Numbered from the stretch's first letter, positions 53,841 to 62,923 are shown. The stretch: 64,000 nucleotides of DNA from an uncultured Acidimicrobiales bacterium (GCA_964562985.1 CAZLWE010000006.1:20991-84990); one strand, 5' to 3'. Numbers and translations: made by a program. The notes: generated by a model not told the origin, from the letters alone.

Positions 53841-55868
53841 ATGATCTTCCGTAGGCGTCGCCGCAGCCGCCAACAGCGCTTCACGTACTCCGCTTGGGAC
53901 GGAACCCAGGCCGACTATGCGATGACCGCGGAAGACCTGTTCTCACAGATGACCGACGATCTGGCGTACCACGGCGATCCGAATGCGGCGCTCCGCAAGC
54001 TTCTCCAAGACGGCTACGACCTCGACGGTGAGCGGATGCAAGGCCTACGCGACATGCTCCAACGCCTTCAGGAACGTCGAGAAGAGATGCTGGCTCAGGG
54101 AGACCTCGGCGATATGTTCGGCGACATCACCGAGCGGCTGAACGACATCATCACGTCAGAACGGGAGAATCTCGCCGCACAAGCCGAGTACTCCGCCGGT
54201 GGTGATGACCCGAACAAAGCCGCCCAAGACGCGCAAAGCGCGGCAGAGCGCAATATGCGACTCGATATGTTGCCGCCTGATCTGCCAGGCCAAATACAAG
54301 CGTTGGACAACTATGACTTCACTTCGAAGAAGGCCCAGGAGGACTATGACGAGCTAGTCGGCGACTTGCGAAATCAGCTCATGCAACAAGCCGTTGATGG
54401 CATGTCCGATGCAATGTCGAACATGTCCCCCGAGGATCTCGCTGCCATGAAGGACATGATGGCGGACCTCAACGAGATGCTCGATCAGCGTGCGAACGGC
54501 ATCGAACCTGATTTCGATGCCTTCATGGACAAGCATGGCGACTTCTTTCCCGAGAATCCCGAGAACCTCGACGAGTTACTCGAGGCCATGGCCGCTCGGA
54601 TGGCCGCCGCGCAGGCGATGTTCAATTCGATGAGCCCTGAACAACGTGCCCAGTTGCAGGAGCTCTCGAACCAACTGCTCGGCGATGTCGACCTGCAGTT
54701 CCAGATGAGTCAGCTATCGAGCAATCTGCAAGGGCTCTTCCCCGACATGAATTGGGGAGATAGCTATCAGACCCAGGGTGTTGATCCCCTCGGTTTCGGC
54801 CAAGCCATCGATCTGATGTCCGACCTCGGCGATCTCGACCAGATCGAACAGCTCCTGCGAAACACCTCTAACCCGGGGGCCCTAGCTGAGCTGGATTTCG
54901 ATCGAGCTGCAGAGCTCCTCGGGGAAGACACCGCGAACTCGATGGAACAGCTCGCTGAGTTCGCGAAAATGCTCGAAGAAGCTGGCTTGATCAACACCAA
55001 AGAAGGGGCAATGGAGCTCACGCCTCGGGGGCTGCGACAGGTCGGTCAGAACGTTCTTGCGGATCTCTACAGCAAGTTGAGCGCGGATCGAATTGGGCGC
55101 CACAACGTGTCGGTTTCGGGCATCGGGCACGAACGAAATTTCGAGACCAAACAGTATGAATTCGGCGACCCGTTCACACTCAACATCGAACGAACGGTTC
55201 GCAACGCCATCCGACGCACTGGAGGGGGCACGCCCGTCCAGCTCACACCTGACGACTTCGAGATCGAACGAACCGAACGGACGACCCGCACCTCCACCGT
55301 TCTCATGCTCGACCTGAGCTTGTCGATGCCGATGAAGAACAACTTCGTCCCGGCAAAAAAGGTTGCGTTGGCGTTGGAGTCGTTGATCTCTGGGCAATAC
55401 CCACAGGACTACCTGGGCGTGGTCACCTTTAGCGAGGTCGCCCGTGAAATCCCAGCGAATGAGCTCGCGGAACTTTCGTGGGATTACGTCTACGGAACCA
55501 ATATGCAGCATGGCTTCAAGCTCGCCCGGCAGATGCTGGCGCGAGAGTCCGGTACGAAGCAGATCCTCATGATCACCGATGGGGAACCGACAGCCCATAT
55601 CAATTCCTTTGGCAAACCCGAGTTCAACTACCCGCCGACGGCCGAGACGGTGTCGCTCACTCTGCAGGAAGTCAAAAAGTGCACTCGCGACAACATTCGG
55701 ATCAATGTCTTCATGCTCGACGCCACGCCGCACCTGACGACGTTCATCGAGCGGATCACCAAGATGAACGGCGGACGAGCCTTCTTCGCCGACAATCAAA
55801 ACATCGGCGACTTCGTCCTAATGGACTTCGTTGAACACAAACAGAAGCTCATCCGCCGTGCAGGGTAA
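53841..55868 (+). CDS. von Willebrand factor type A (vWA) domain protein
   Basis: The start is moved to ATG 53841 because the track ORF from 53661 runs through the tandem repeat. It has a long helical N-terminal region and the MIDAS motif VLMLDLSLSM, plus ILMITDGEPT. Confidence 0.75.
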   Translation: MIFRRRRRSRQQRFTYSAWDGTQADYAMTAEDLFSQMTDDLAYHGDPNAALRKLLQDGYDLDGERMQGLRDMLQRLQERREEMLAQGDLGDMFGDITERLNDIITSERENLAAQAEYSAGGDDPNKAAQDAQSAAERNMRLDMLPPDLPGQIQALDNYDFTSKKAQEDYDELVGDLRNQLMQQAVDGMSDAMSNMSPEDLAAMKDMMADLNEMLDQRANGIEPDFDAFMDKHGDFFPENPENLDELLEAMAARMAAAQAMFNSMSPEQRAQLQELSNQLLGDVDLQFQMSQLSSNLQGLFPDMNWGDSYQTQGVDPLGFGQAIDLMSDLGDLDQIEQLLRNTSNPGALAELDFDRAAELLGEDTANSMEQLAEFAKMLEEAGLINTKEGAMELTPRGLRQVGQNVLADLYSKLSADRIGRHNVSVSGIGHERNFETKQYEFGDPFTLNIERTVRNAIRRTGGGTPVQLTPDDFEIERTERTTRTSTVLMLDLSLSMPMKNNFVPAKKVALALESLISGQYPQDYLGVVTFSEVAREIPANELAELSWDYVYGTNMQHGFKLARQMLARESGTKQILMITDGEPTAHINSFGKPEFNYPPTAETVSLTLQEVKKCTRDNIRINVFMLDATPHLTTFIERITKMNGGRAFFADNQNIGDFVLMDFVEHKQKLIRRAG

Positions 55869-55954
55869 ACAGGGGGCGATGTTTCGAGGCCTCAGCCGAG
55901 AAACTCGGTTAGAGAGCGAAGCGAACGGCGAACACAAACAGAAGCTCATCCGTC

Positions 55955-56890
55955 GTGTCGGGTGACGCTCTGGACCCGACCTTCTACGACGAGTTCGCCT
56001 ACTTCGCGGACAACGCTGCTGAGTACGACCTGTCCTACGCTCGTCCGCCCGTTGTTCGTCGGGAGGAGATCTCCACCGACGATGGGCGCATGATCAGTGC
56101 TCTGGTGTGGGGAGAGACGCCCCCGGAGCTAGTGCTCATTCATGGCGGCGCCCAAAACGCCCACACCTGGGACACGGTTTGTCTCGCCCTCGGGCGGCCA
56201 CTCCTGGCAATCGATATGCCAGGTCATGGCCACTCGGGTCCACCAGCCGACGGTGCGGCGAACGTCGATCGAAACGCGTTCGACCTAGCGGCGGCCATCG
56301 ACACGCTCGCCCCTGCTGCCAGGACGGTTGTTGGAATGAGCTTGGGCGGTCTGACGACCCTGGCGATGTCGCAGGCGTTTCCCGAGTTGTTCTCTCACAT
56401 GGTCCTTGTCGATATCACTCCGGGAGTCAACCAAGAAAAGGCCGATCACATTCGCCGCTTCGTGAATGGGCCGAGCACCTTTGCCAGCTTTGATGAGCTC
56501 CTCGCACGCACGATGGAGTTCAATCCCACCCGCAGCGAACGTTCACTACGGCGTGGCATCTTGCACAACGCGCAACAACTAGACGACGGCAGCTGGGTCT
56601 GGCGCCACGCTCGTCATCGCGTGTTTGCTGACCCGTCGACTACGAATGAAACCGCACACGGAGAGCGTGACTATCTGCGCTTGTGGGACGCACTGGAGAA
56701 CCACGACGGACCGGTGGCTCTCGCTCGAGGCATGCGAGACCAGTCGGTGGTCGCCGATGACGATGTCGCCGAGTTCCTTCGCCGCCGCCCCGACGCTCGT
56801 ATCGAGAACTTCGCTGAAGCCGGCCACAGCATCCAAGGCGATATGCCCGTCGAGCTCGCGGCATTCATCGACGATGTTCTGAAGTCCTAA
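55955..56890 (+). CDS. Alpha/beta-fold hydrolase
   Basis: 311 aa with LIHGGAQNAHTW, the nucleophile elbow VGMSLGG, and a C-terminal GH. Confidence 0.75.
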   Translation: MSGDALDPTFYDEFAYFADNAAEYDLSYARPPVVRREEISTDDGRMISALVWGETPPELVLIHGGAQNAHTWDTVCLALGRPLLAIDMPGHGHSGPPADGAANVDRNAFDLAAAIDTLAPAARTVVGMSLGGLTTLAMSQAFPELFSHMVLVDITPGVNQEKADHIRRFVNGPSTFASFDELLARTMEFNPTRSERSLRRGILHNAQQLDDGSWVWRHARHRVFADPSTTNETAHGERDYLRLWDALENHDGPVALARGMRDQSVVADDDVAEFLRRRPDARIENFAEAGHSIQGDMPVELAAFIDDVLKS

Positions 56891-56905
56891 TGTGTGGCTG
56901 TGGTG

Positions 56906-57454
56906 ATGGGTAGCCCGATTGACGAAGTAGCCACGCTGTTTGAAACCTATGGGTCGAGTACCTACGACGAGGGCGTGACCCTGGGTGAGCACTGCCTCCA
57001 GGCAGCCGCGATTGCATCCGTTGCTGGTTCGCCGGATCACTTGGTTGCGGCAGCGCTGCTCCACGACATTGGACATCTCCTTCAGGCCCGCGCGCGAGGC
57101 GAGGAGGACTACCTCGCCAATGACTGGAACCACGATGTGGTCGCACGGGATTGGCTCGAGCCTCGGTTTGGTGAAGCGGTCGCCGCGCCGGTCGGTGAGC
57201 ACGTCGCTGCAAAGCGCTGGCTCTGCTTTGCCGAACCTGACTACTTCGCCCGATTATCAGAGGCCTCCAAGGCGAGCTTGCGTGCTCAAGGCGGCCAGTT
57301 CGACGAGGTGGAGGCGGCGCAGTGGCGCAGCAGCGCCATTGGAGCGGCAGAGGCCATTCAATTGCGTCGTTGGGACGATGAGGCCAAGGTGGCGGACGTG
57401 TCCGTCGCTCCGTTTCGGGCGTACAACGCGCTGCTCGAACGTCTCGTCCGATAA
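56906..57454 (+). CDS. HD-domain protein of the PhnZ (phosphonate-degradation HD oxygenase) family
   Basis: Motifs are ..YDEGVTLGEHCLQAA..A, AALLHDIGHLL, EHVAAKRWLC, LSEASKASLRAQGG and LRRWDDEAK. An alternative GTG start lies at 56894. Confidence 0.55.
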   Translation: MGSPIDEVATLFETYGSSTYDEGVTLGEHCLQAAAIASVAGSPDHLVAAALLHDIGHLLQARARGEEDYLANDWNHDVVARDWLEPRFGEAVAAPVGEHVAAKRWLCFAEPDYFARLSEASKASLRAQGGQFDEVEAAQWRSSAIGAAEAIQLRRWDDEAKVADVSVAPFRAYNALLERLVR

Positions 57455-57494
57455 CCCGAATCTGCATCGCTTCGTCACGACTAGGGTTCGGTTC

Positions 57495-58565
57495 GTGCGA
57501 GTTGTATTTGTGATCGAGGACTCACTGCCGAACGGCCGGGTGAGCGCTGAGCTCACTCCGACGCTGTGGTCGCTCATCGCCAAAGGTGGTTGGCACCCAG
57601 ACGGTGGGGCGTCTGTGCTCGCAAGCTCCACGTACCCCAATCACGCAACGTTCGCTACCGGCGCAGATGTCAGCGGCCACCGGATCTTCACCAATGACAT
57701 CTGGGACGGTGAGCGGTTCGTGTGTTCGTCGAGTGTCGGCCCGGTCGGAGACACGGTCTTTGCGGCGGCGAAGCGAGCGGGCAGGAGTACTGCAGCGATC
57801 ACCGGGGACACCACCATGATCGGCTGCATGGGTGCGGGCGTCGCAGACGTTTCATGGCCCTCCCCGGAGGCGGTCGGCGATGCGGCGAAAGATTGCCTCG
57901 GGTATCCAGCGAACGCTGCGGTGCTGGAGGCCCTGTCGACATCGGGTGCGGTCGACGCGGACCTGCTTTTCATTCACATGAATGATCCGGACTCGACACT
58001 CCATCGCTTCGGCCCAAACGCGGATGAAACGACCGATGCGATTCGGCGCGTTGATGATGACCTTGGCGCAGTGGTCGAGATGTTGCGTCCTCGTTGGGAT
58101 GAAACGGTCCTGTTCGTCGTGAGTGATCACGAACAAGAACAGGTGGACCCCGAGCAGGCTCCGCTCGACTTGGCCGACCTGGTCAGCGCGGCAGGATTAC
58201 GGGGCCAGGCGCACAACGAGGGGAGCGTCGGCATCGTATACGGATCCGACGGTGCTCACCACATAGAGAAGCTGCAAGGGGTCACTGGTGCGGTGGATCT
58301 TGACGTTGACGCAGACGGCACATCGATCGTCTTGGCATGGTCGAGTCCAGGTAGAGTCTTTGGCACCTCACCGAAGACGATGTCGGGCCAACATGGATCG
58401 CCACGAACGCAGACGCAGGTAGCGACCGTCTCCGGTGGGCATCAGGTCGTTCCTGAATTGGCGCGACGGCTCGGCGGCGGTTTTGGATCCGCAGATGGGC
58501 GACCCCACGCCACGCACTACGCACACGTCATGGCGGAGTTGTTGGAGATCCGGCTCGGACTGTGA
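57495..58565 (+). CDS. Alkaline-phosphatase-superfamily protein (nucleotide pyrophosphatase/phosphodiesterase type)
   Basis: GTG 57495 is preferred; the track ORF from 56985 would overlap the whole HD gene. Motifs are VFVIEDSL, STYPNHATFATG...SGHRI, HMNDPDSTLHRFGP and VVSDHEQ. Confidence 0.7.
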   Translation: MRVVFVIEDSLPNGRVSAELTPTLWSLIAKGGWHPDGGASVLASSTYPNHATFATGADVSGHRIFTNDIWDGERFVCSSSVGPVGDTVFAAAKRAGRSTAAITGDTTMIGCMGAGVADVSWPSPEAVGDAAKDCLGYPANAAVLEALSTSGAVDADLLFIHMNDPDSTLHRFGPNADETTDAIRRVDDDLGAVVEMLRPRWDETVLFVVSDHEQEQVDPEQAPLDLADLVSAAGLRGQAHNEGSVGIVYGSDGAHHIEKLQGVTGAVDLDVDADGTSIVLAWSSPGRVFGTSPKTMSGQHGSPRTQTQVATVSGGHQVVPELARRLGGGFGSADGRPHATHYAHVMAELLEIRLGL

Positions 58566-58640
58566 GCTAATCCTATCCCGTCCCTAGCATTCAGAAAACT
58601 TCTGTGCGATCGTTGTGGCTAAGCGGCTTTGGGGGAATTG

Positions 58641-60089
58641 ATGAACGGTGAGAGCGGGGTCCCAGCGGAGGACGCCACCGGTGGATACGTGCCGACGGAG
58701 CAGGACGTGAAGCGGCTGCTGGCAACCTTTGATGTCCTCCTGCATGGTGTAGCGCTACCTGATCAAGAAAACGAGCTGCTCGCCCGAGTAACGGTACACC
58801 TCGGGGTTGCGCCGGGCGACTTACCGAGCAGTTCCGAGAAGTTAAACCCGCCCGATCACATCAATTTCCAACTCGCGATGGAAGCCCATGATGGCGACGC
58901 GGAACTCATTGGTTTGAACTCCGAGCTAAGCCACTACCACGGCGCCAACCTGGCCAGCATCGTGAGCGGGCGACTCCGCGGTCCCGAAGTGACCGCCCCG
59001 GTGAATTGGGTTGCGCTACCCATCAACGTCAACGAAACACACCGCGTTCCATACTCCGCTATCTGGCTGACCCACCTCGACGATGTACCCGTCGTGGCAT
59101 CGTTGCTCCACGTCGAACGAGGGCCAGGCCAAGTCTTGATGTTTGAGGCACTCGCCCAAGATGAGCTGACCGCCCAGCGATTCATCGAACGCATTGGCCA
59201 GCTTCGCCACGACCTCAACGTTTTCCGAGGCAATACCCTGGCCTTTACCTACGGCGAACACGGGAGCTTCGGACTCGACTTCATTGAGCTACCGACAGTT
59301 CAGCGCCACGAGGTCATACTTCCCCAGGAGGACCTCGCCGCGATCGAGCGTCACACGATCGGGATCTCACATCGCGCCCAAGACCTACTCGACGCAGGCC
59401 AGCACCTAAAACGAGGGCTACTGCTCTATGGCCCACCCGGGACCGGCAAGACGCACACGATTGCGTATTTGGGGCACGCGATGCCTGAGCGCACCACGAT
59501 CGTGCTTCAGGGTTCGGCAAGTTATGCGATCGGCCAAGCGGCGGCCATCGCACGATCGTTCCCACCTGCGACGATCGTGATCGAAGACGTCGACCTGGTT
59601 GCTCAGGACCGAGGAATGCGCGGGATGGGCGACAACCCGATCTTGTTTCAGCTGCTGAACGAAATGGATGGCCTCTCGGACGATACCGACCTGCTGTTTA
59701 TCCTTACCTCGAACCGACCGGAAGTCCTCGAACCTGCGTTGGCGGCGCGGCCGGGACGGATTGACCAGGCCGTCGAGGTAGGGAAACCAAGCCGGGCCGC
59801 CCTCATCGAACTACTCGGCTTGTACTTAGAGGGTCTCGATCACTCGGTGACGGACCTCGGGCCTATCGCGGAACGCCTCGACGGAGTGACCGCTTCTTTT
59901 GTGAAGGAACTCTGTCGGCGTGGACTGTTGCGCAGCATCGAGAACGAATGCCCGCTCGATCAAGCCTGCTTAGACGCGGCGGTCACCGACCTGCTGGAAC
60001 ACTCCGCGCCAGTCACGCGTACCTCGCTTGGCGCCGGAAATGGTGGGGGCGACGGGATGTATCCGGAGTCGGAGCGCTACGGCTTCTAG
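58641..60089 (+). CDS. AAA+ ATPase (classic-clade AAA domain) with an uncharacterised ~230-aa N-terminal region
   Basis: ATG 58641 has GGGGGA upstream. Walker A is GPPGTGKTH, Walker B is IVIEDVD, and the arginine finger region is TSNRPEVLEPALAARPGRID. Confidence 0.75.
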   Translation: MNGESGVPAEDATGGYVPTEQDVKRLLATFDVLLHGVALPDQENELLARVTVHLGVAPGDLPSSSEKLNPPDHINFQLAMEAHDGDAELIGLNSELSHYHGANLASIVSGRLRGPEVTAPVNWVALPINVNETHRVPYSAIWLTHLDDVPVVASLLHVERGPGQVLMFEALAQDELTAQRFIERIGQLRHDLNVFRGNTLAFTYGEHGSFGLDFIELPTVQRHEVILPQEDLAAIERHTIGISHRAQDLLDAGQHLKRGLLLYGPPGTGKTHTIAYLGHAMPERTTIVLQGSASYAIGQAAAIARSFPPATIVIEDVDLVAQDRGMRGMGDNPILFQLLNEMDGLSDDTDLLFILTSNRPEVLEPALAARPGRIDQAVEVGKPSRAALIELLGLYLEGLDHSVTDLGPIAERLDGVTASFVKELCRRGLLRSIENECPLDQACLDAAVTDLLEHSAPVTRTSLGAGNGGGDGMYPESERYGF

Positions 60090-60109
60090 TAATCGCTTCG
60101 TACCGAAAA

Positions 60110-61237
60110 TCAGTCGATGATCGGCGGGTGGCTTTCGATGAAGTCGACTACGTCGTTGGGGTCGTCGAATACACCGATGAGGTCGGCGTACGGGCGCTCG
60201 CCCGCGAGTTGTTTCAGTAGTTTCGGCGCGCCCAGTCGATCGTCGGCCCAGTAGGCCGAATCGACGAAGACCATCGGCGAGATGACCCCGAAAACGTCGT
60301 AGTGGTTTTGGGTGGCATCCATGAACACTTCTTGGATCGTCCCCGCAGCGCCCGGGGTGTAGATGACTCCGTGGGTTGCGATGGCGAGGAGGCCATCTTC
60401 ACGGATCGAGTTGGAGAAGTACTTGGCGACTGCGGTTGCGAAGTCGTTCGTGGGCTCGTGGCCATAGAACCAGGTGGGGATAGCGAGGCTTTCGGCACCG
60501 TCCGGGTACCGCTCGACCACCGCGATACTCGCGTCGAGGTACTCGTGGGTGGAGTAGTCGGTCGCGACCGCAAGAGTCTCAATGGCATCGTCTAGGGCGC
60601 TGTCGTCGGCTGGGGCTAGCCAGGCGCCGAGGTTGCCCGCTTCCATGGCGCCAGGACCGCCGCCGGTGACCACCAAGTGTCCAGCGCGGGTGAGTGATCG
60701 AGCGATAACGGCTACGACTCGGTAGGTATCAGCGTCTCTGGTGAGGCTATGGCCACCCATAATCGCCACGACCTTGGGGTAATTGGCGAGATAGCCGGTC
60801 AATGCGTTGTCGATCGCGTGGTCGTGGATTCGCTGGGCGAGCGCTTCGAGAATTGGGGCTGGCGGCTCGTTGCGCCAGGTGACTTGGTGTTTGTAGATCG
60901 ACTCGTCGAGACCATTCGCCCGTAGTTCAGCGGCTGTGTACAACGAACCGCGATACGGGTTGTAGGGGATCTGACCAAAAGGCGGGAAGACGGTCGCGCC
61001 GCTTTGGCGAGCATGAGCGGCTGCTCGCTCGGTCATCTGACATCCGAGAAAGACGGCTTGTGGCCAATCGTGGTCGATGATGGTCTCGGAGTGGCCGCAA
61101 AGGTCGAGTCCTTGTACAGCGAGTGGTTGTGTGGTGTCGCCGTTATCGAGCAGGTTTTGAAACTCCGGTGCAGTCACAATTTCTTTGCAGATCGGGACTA
61201 TGGGGAGTGCGAGGGGTTCGTCGGTTGGCTGTGGCAC
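60110..61237 (-). CDS. LOG/TIGR00730-family Rossmann-fold protein with a ~140-aa N-terminal extension
   Basis: 375 aa with VAIMGG, TGGGPGAMEAGN and TPGAAGTIQE (the PGGxGTxxE motif). Confidence 0.65.
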   Translation of the reverse strand: MPQPTDEPLALPIVPICKEIVTAPEFQNLLDNGDTTQPLAVQGLDLCGHSETIIDHDWPQAVFLGCQMTERAAAHARQSGATVFPPFGQIPYNPYRGSLYTAAELRANGLDESIYKHQVTWRNEPPAPILEALAQRIHDHAIDNALTGYLANYPKVVAIMGGHSLTRDADTYRVVAVIARSLTRAGHLVVTGGGPGAMEAGNLGAWLAPADDSALDDAIETLAVATDYSTHEYLDASIAVVERYPDGAESLAIPTWFYGHEPTNDFATAVAKYFSNSIREDGLLAIATHGVIYTPGAAGTIQEVFMDATQNHYDVFGVISPMVFVDSAYWADDRLGAPKLLKQLAGERPYADLIGVFDDPNDVVDFIESHPPIID

Positions 61238-61472
61238 GAATGGAGCTCCTAGGTGGGCGTGGTGTGATTCACGCGTCTTATGTGGCCAATGTGGCCAATG
61301 TTGTAGAAAAAGTCACCAATTTCAATGATTCGGACTTTACATTCTGCTAGTTACAGTGTTGTAATTACATTAAGGAAATACGGCGAAGTCGTCGTGGACA
61401 TGTGTGGGCACGACGACTAGTCGTGGCCGCGCGCGTTTCGCATAGCGGCAACCTAGGAGCAGTAACGAACCA

Positions 61473-61757
61473 ATGGCATTTCTCAGCGCGTCGGAAAAAG
61501 ATGAACCGACCTGGCATGACTTCGCGAACTGCCTTGGAGTCGACCCCGATCTGTTCTTCCCGGAACGTGGAGCCTCCACGAAGGAGGCCAAAGAGGTGTG
61601 TCGCGGCTGTGTCGTGCGTGATGACTGCCTTGAATACGCCCTGCAAAACGGCGAGAAGTTCGGTATCTGGGGCGGAATGAGCGAGCGCGAACGACGGCGT
61701 ATTCGTCGCCAACGTGCACTCGCACGGGCTGCAGCCGCTGCTGAAGCCAGCGGTTAG
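61473..61757 (+). CDS. whiB: WhiB-family transcriptional regulator
   Basis: 94 aa with four Cys in C..(DPDLFFPE)..C..C....C and the FGIWGGMSERERRRIRR turn. Confidence 0.9.
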   Translation: MAFLSASEKDEPTWHDFANCLGVDPDLFFPERGASTKEAKEVCRGCVVRDDCLEYALQNGEKFGIWGGMSERERRRIRRQRALARAAAAAEASG

Positions 61758-61838
61758 CCAAAAACTCTCACCTTGACTTCACGCTGACTTCATCGTCGAC
61801 GATGCGAAGAGTAAGTCGAGAACTGGTACCCTAATTAC

Positions 61839-62012
61839 ATGGGATCAATAGGTGCACCAGAACTTCTCATCATCCTCGTAGTCATTCTTGTACTCTTCGG
61901 CGGCGCGAAGCTACCAAAGCTCGCCCGTTCGCTCGGACAGGCCCAAAAAGAGTTCAAAGATGGACTTGATTCGGGAATCGACGAAGAGAAGACCGAAGAC
62001 AAGACTGTCTAG
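61839..62012 (+). CDS. tatA: Twin-arginine translocase subunit TatA/E (57 aa; below the ORF-track cutoff)
   Basis: Translated by hand: MGSIGAPELLIILVVILVLFGGAKLPKLARSLGQAQKEFKDGL.... This is the canonical TatA TM helix, hinge and amphipathic helix. Confidence 0.85.
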   Translation: MGSIGAPELLIILVVILVLFGGAKLPKLARSLGQAQKEFKDGLDSGIDEEKTEDKTV

Positions 62013-62116
62013 CTCACGCTTCGACTTCCTATCTCGCTAGGGAGTCTGTTCGCAGGAGTGCTTGGCTGTTGGCGCGCCCTTCCTCGGCCGCGTCGCCATT
62101 TCGAATTAAAAACGTA

Positions 62117-62157
62117 GAACCGCTCCCGCCGCGTGGCTGGGAGCGGTTCGAGTTTTC
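62117..62157. terminator. Bidirectional intrinsic terminator between tatA and the convergent whiB
   Basis: GAACCGCTCCC-(11 nt)-GGGAGCGGTTC is followed by GAGTTTTCG and preceded by an A-rich run (TTAAAAACG). Confidence 0.6.
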
Positions 62158-62188
62158 GACGTTCGTGTTTTGTGTCGCCTATTGGCGG

Positions 62189-62455
62189 CTACAGGCGTAG
62201 CTTGCGCTCTCGGCGTTCGGCTTTCTCTGCTTCCTTGCGACGTGCCTTGAGGATTCGGCGACGTTGACGTTCAGAGGTTCCACCCCAGACGCCGTGGTCA
62301 ATCCGATTTGAGAGGGCGTACTCCAAGCAGCCGTCCTGGACTGGGCACTTCTGGCAAATCCGCTTAGCGATCTCCACGCCCACGCCGTCGCTTGGGAAGA
62401 AGGTCTCTGGTGGTTGGTTTGCGCAAAGGCCTTTGGCCATCCAGGTCAATTCCAT
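62189..62455 (-). CDS. whiB: WhiB-family transcriptional regulator
   Basis: ATG 62455 has GGAGG 8 nt upstream. It reads MELTWMAKGLC..ETFFP..C.KC....C and GVWGGTSERQRRRI, with a basic tail. Confidence 0.88.
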   Translation of the reverse strand: MELTWMAKGLCANQPPETFFPSDGVGVEIAKRICQKCPVQDGCLEYALSNRIDHGVWGGTSERQRRRILKARRKEAEKAERRERKLRL

Positions 62456-62641
62456 GAGAAGCACCTCCAAGTGTTCACAACAGTACTACGCACAGAGTGG
62501 GCCGAAAGTTCCCGTAAAGAAGGACTTTTGACCTACTCTTCGAAAATCGTTAGATCGCGAGATGGCGCAGTTCCACCGATAGTCTGATGACTCACGATGC
62601 TCTAGTCAGCATCGAAGAGTGCGATTTTCGAGGATTTTTCA

Positions 62642-62923
62642 ATGTCAGACACCACCGAAGAGCAGCTTCCGGCACAGGGCCACGCAAAAATCGTCTACAA
62701 CGGACCGATTGCCCCCCATTGGGATATTCGCACGATCTCGGGAGATTCGGGCCTAATGGAGGGATTTCGCGATCGGGTATCGGCTCGCCTGCTTCTCTTG
62801 CCGCCCCATGACCCGCAGTTTCGTCGCAACCGTGAACGAGTGAACCGTGATGGTGAGCGTGAGCGAATTTATGTCGAATGGGACCTTGGCTACGAAGAAG
62901 AGGAAGAGTCAAAGGGCGACTGA
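62642..62923 (+). CDS. Hypothetical protein
   Basis: 93-aa ORF ending 18 nt before ppk1. No recognisable motif. Confidence 0.4.
   Translation: MSDTTEEQLPAQGHAKIVYNGPIAPHWDIRTISGDSGLMEGFRDRVSARLLLLPPHDPQFRRNRERVNRDGERERIYVEWDLGYEEEEESKGD

Noticed and set aside
56985-57494. 5' extensions of track ORFs: 56985 for the phosphoesterase, 31267 for paralogue 1, 53661 for vWA, 26921 for the small membrane protein, 31113 for the NUDIX-like gene, 6127 for clpC, 28253 for GT2 and 29061 for ilvA.
   Set aside because: The extensions overlap neighbouring well-supported genes or repeats and have Arg/Ser/Pro-rich composition. Internal starts give canonical family N-termini, often with Shine-Dalgarno sequences.
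61261-61275. GGTGTGATTCACGCG upstream of whiB as a CRP/GlxR site (TGTGA-N6-TCACA).
   Set aside because: The half-sites are separated by far fewer than 6 nt and the right half is imperfect, so the spacing is incompatible with the CRP-family consensus.
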